Below are positions 62,430 to 64,000 of a stretch of DNA of 64,000 bases, piece by piece. The DNA is from Candidatus Marinacidobacterium sp. (GTDB lineage Bacteria > Acidobacteriota > Vicinamibacteria > Marinacidobacterales > Marinacidobacteraceae), in NCBI GenBank assembly GCA_965204755.1, contig OZ242011.1:2720001-2784000 (forward strand), written 5' to 3'. The notes beneath the pieces are model-generated. The model saw only the letters and a program-made list of their open reading frames with translations. It had not been told where the DNA came from and did no database searches. The translations under genes were made by a program, and so were the position numbers. The number at the start of each line of letters is the position of its first letter. The stretch's first letter is position 1.

Positions 62430-64000
62430 ATGCGTCATGTGGTGGTCGGCACCGCCGGCCACATCGACCACGGGAAGAGCGCGCTGGTTCGCGCGCTCAC
62501 CGGGACCGATCCGGACCGCCTCAAGGAAGAGAAGGCGCGGGGGATCACCGTGGACTTGGGCTTCGCGCACTTCGTCGCCGGCGGCGTCCGCTACGCCTTC
62601 GTGGATGTCCCCGGCCACGAGCGGTTCGTCCGGAACATGCTCGCCGGGGCGGGCGGGTTCGATGTGGTGCTGCTGGTCGTCGCCGCCGACGAGTCGGTCA
62701 TGCCCCAGACCCGCGAGCACTTCGAGATCTGCCGGCTGCTGGGGATCGGGACCGCGGTCGTCGCGCTCTCCCGCAGCGACCTGGTGGACGACCCGGACCT
62801 GATCGAACTCGCCGAACTGGAAGTCCGCGACCTCCTCGCCGGGAGCCCGCTGGCCGAGGCCCCGGTAGTCCCGGTGTCCTCGGTCACCGGCGCCGGGCTC
62901 GACCGGCTGCTCGCCGCCCTCGAAACCGCCGCCGCCGCCGCGCGCCCTCGCGACCCGGACGGGCTCTTCCGCCTCCCGGTGGACCGGGTGTTCTCGGTGC
63001 GGGGGTTCGGCGCGGTGGTCACCGGCACCGTGGTCTCCGGCCGCGTCGCGGTCGGGAGCGAGGTGGAAATCCTGCCCGGCCGGGACGGCGGCGGCGAGGC
63101 CGGGGCGGGGGAGCGCGCCCGCGTCCGCGGCCTCGAAGTCCACGGCGCCCCCGCCGAGACCGGTTCCGCCGGGGAGCGCGTCGCGCTGAACCTCTCCGGC
63201 GTCCGCCGGGAGCGGGTGGAGCGCGGCTCGGTGGTCGGCTCGCCCGGGGAACTCGGCGCCGGCTCCATGCTGGACTGCCGGCTGGAAGTCCTGCCCGGCG
63301 CCGGCGCCCCGGTCGGCGACGAGGACCGGGTCCATGTCCACCTCGGCGCGGCGGCGGCGCTCGCGCGGGTGCGGTTGCTCGGCGGCGCGGCGGCGGTCGA
63401 ACCGGGGGAGACCGTTCTCGCCCAGTTGCGGCTGGAGAGCCCGGTGGCGGCGCTCCGGGGCGACCGGTTCATCGTCCGCCGGTATTCGCCGGTGGTGACC
63501 ATCGGCGGCGGTGAGGTGGTGGACGCGTTCCCGCCCAAGCGGTCGCCGAAGAGCCCGGCGGCGCGGGAGGCGGTGGCGGCGCTGGCGGAGGCGGACGACC
63601 GGGAGGCGGCGCTGCTGTTCGTGGACCGGGCCGGGCCCGGCGGGCTGACCGAGGCGGCGCTCGCCCGCCGGCTGGGGCGGCCGCGCGGGGAGGCGCATGG
63701 CCTCGTCGCGGAGTTGGCCGAGGCCGGGTCGGTGGGGATCGCCGCCGGTCGGGCGGCCGGCGACTCGCTGCTGGTGTCGGCGGCCCGGCTCCGCGCGCTC
63801 GGGGAACGGCTGCTCGCGCGGCTCGCGGCGTTCGAGGCGGCGAACCGCCTGCGGCCGGGGATGGCGGTGGAGGAACTGCGCGAACGGGCGGGCGTCCCGG
63901 CGGCGGTGGCCGACCGGGTGATGGCCGACCTGGCGGCCGCCGGGCGGCTGCGGCGCGACCGGGACGCGGTGTCCACCGCCGGCCGGGAGGTGGAACTGAC
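62430..64000 (+). CDS. selB: Selenocysteine-specific elongation factor SelB (runs off the window end)
   Basis: [57 protein letters not shown]; absent from the ORF track because there is no stop in the window. Confidence 0.95.
   Translation, partial: MRHVVVGTAGHIDHGKSALVRALTGTDPDRLKEEKARGITVDLGFAHFVAGGVRYAFVDVPGHERFVRNMLAGAGGFDVVLLVVAADESVMPQTREHFEICRLLGIGTAVVALSRSDLVDDPDLIELAELEVRDLLAGSPLAEAPVVPVSSVTGAGLDRLLAALETAAAAARPRDPDGLFRLPVDRVFSVRGFGAVVTGTVVSGRVAVGSEVEILPGRDGGGEAGAGERARVRGLEVHGAPAETGSAGERVALNLSGVRRERVERGSVVGSPGELGAGSMLDCRLEVLPGAGAPVGDEDRVHVHLGAAAALARVRLLGGAAAVEPGETVLAQLRLESPVAALRGDRFIVRRYSPVVTIGGGEVVDAFPPKRSPKSPAAREAVAALAEADDREAALLFVDRAGPGGLTEAALARRLGRPRGEAHGLVAELAEAGSVGIAAGRAAGDSLLVSAARLRALGERLLARLAAFEAANRLRPGMAVEELRERAGVPAAVADRVMADLAAAGRLRRDRDAVSTAGREVEL

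Noticed and set aside
59053-63514. Long ORFs crossing the array (1054, 1025, 815, 653 and 652 aa)
   Set aside because: The 121-bp period cycles frames and the repeat simply lacks stop codons; real starts are 60132 (RBS + lipobox) and 62430 (selB).

Overview
High-GC bacterial chromosomal window, plausibly Acidobacteria-like (taxonomy is inference only). It mixes housekeeping and transport genes (TRAP dctQMP, M20/M24 peptidases, MacAB-type exporter, tRNA-Leu(CAG), RNase R, phoR/phoB with a TonB receptor, ppx, apaH, cyanophycinase, selB) with a dense defence cargo. The defence cargo includes a type ISP/IIG-like N6-adenine restriction-modification gene, a Septu-like ATPase+HNH pair, an SNF2-Mre11-Rad50-like trio, a TM0106 nuclease-helicase, a C/R/M cassette inside a 176-bp target duplication and an OLD-like nuclease. 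The most striking element is the RM gene at the left edge. A G21 tract is an apparent on/off switch. A (GA)20 tract sits directly before three divergent copies of one target-recognition module, each in a different reading frame, which suggests a slippage-driven three-way specificity selector. Also notable: a G17-interrupted surface lipoprotein gene, a 14 x 121-bp GATC-rich array before selB, and apparent avoidance of AGCT/ACGT. All protein calls rest on motif recognition by eye; no database searches were run.
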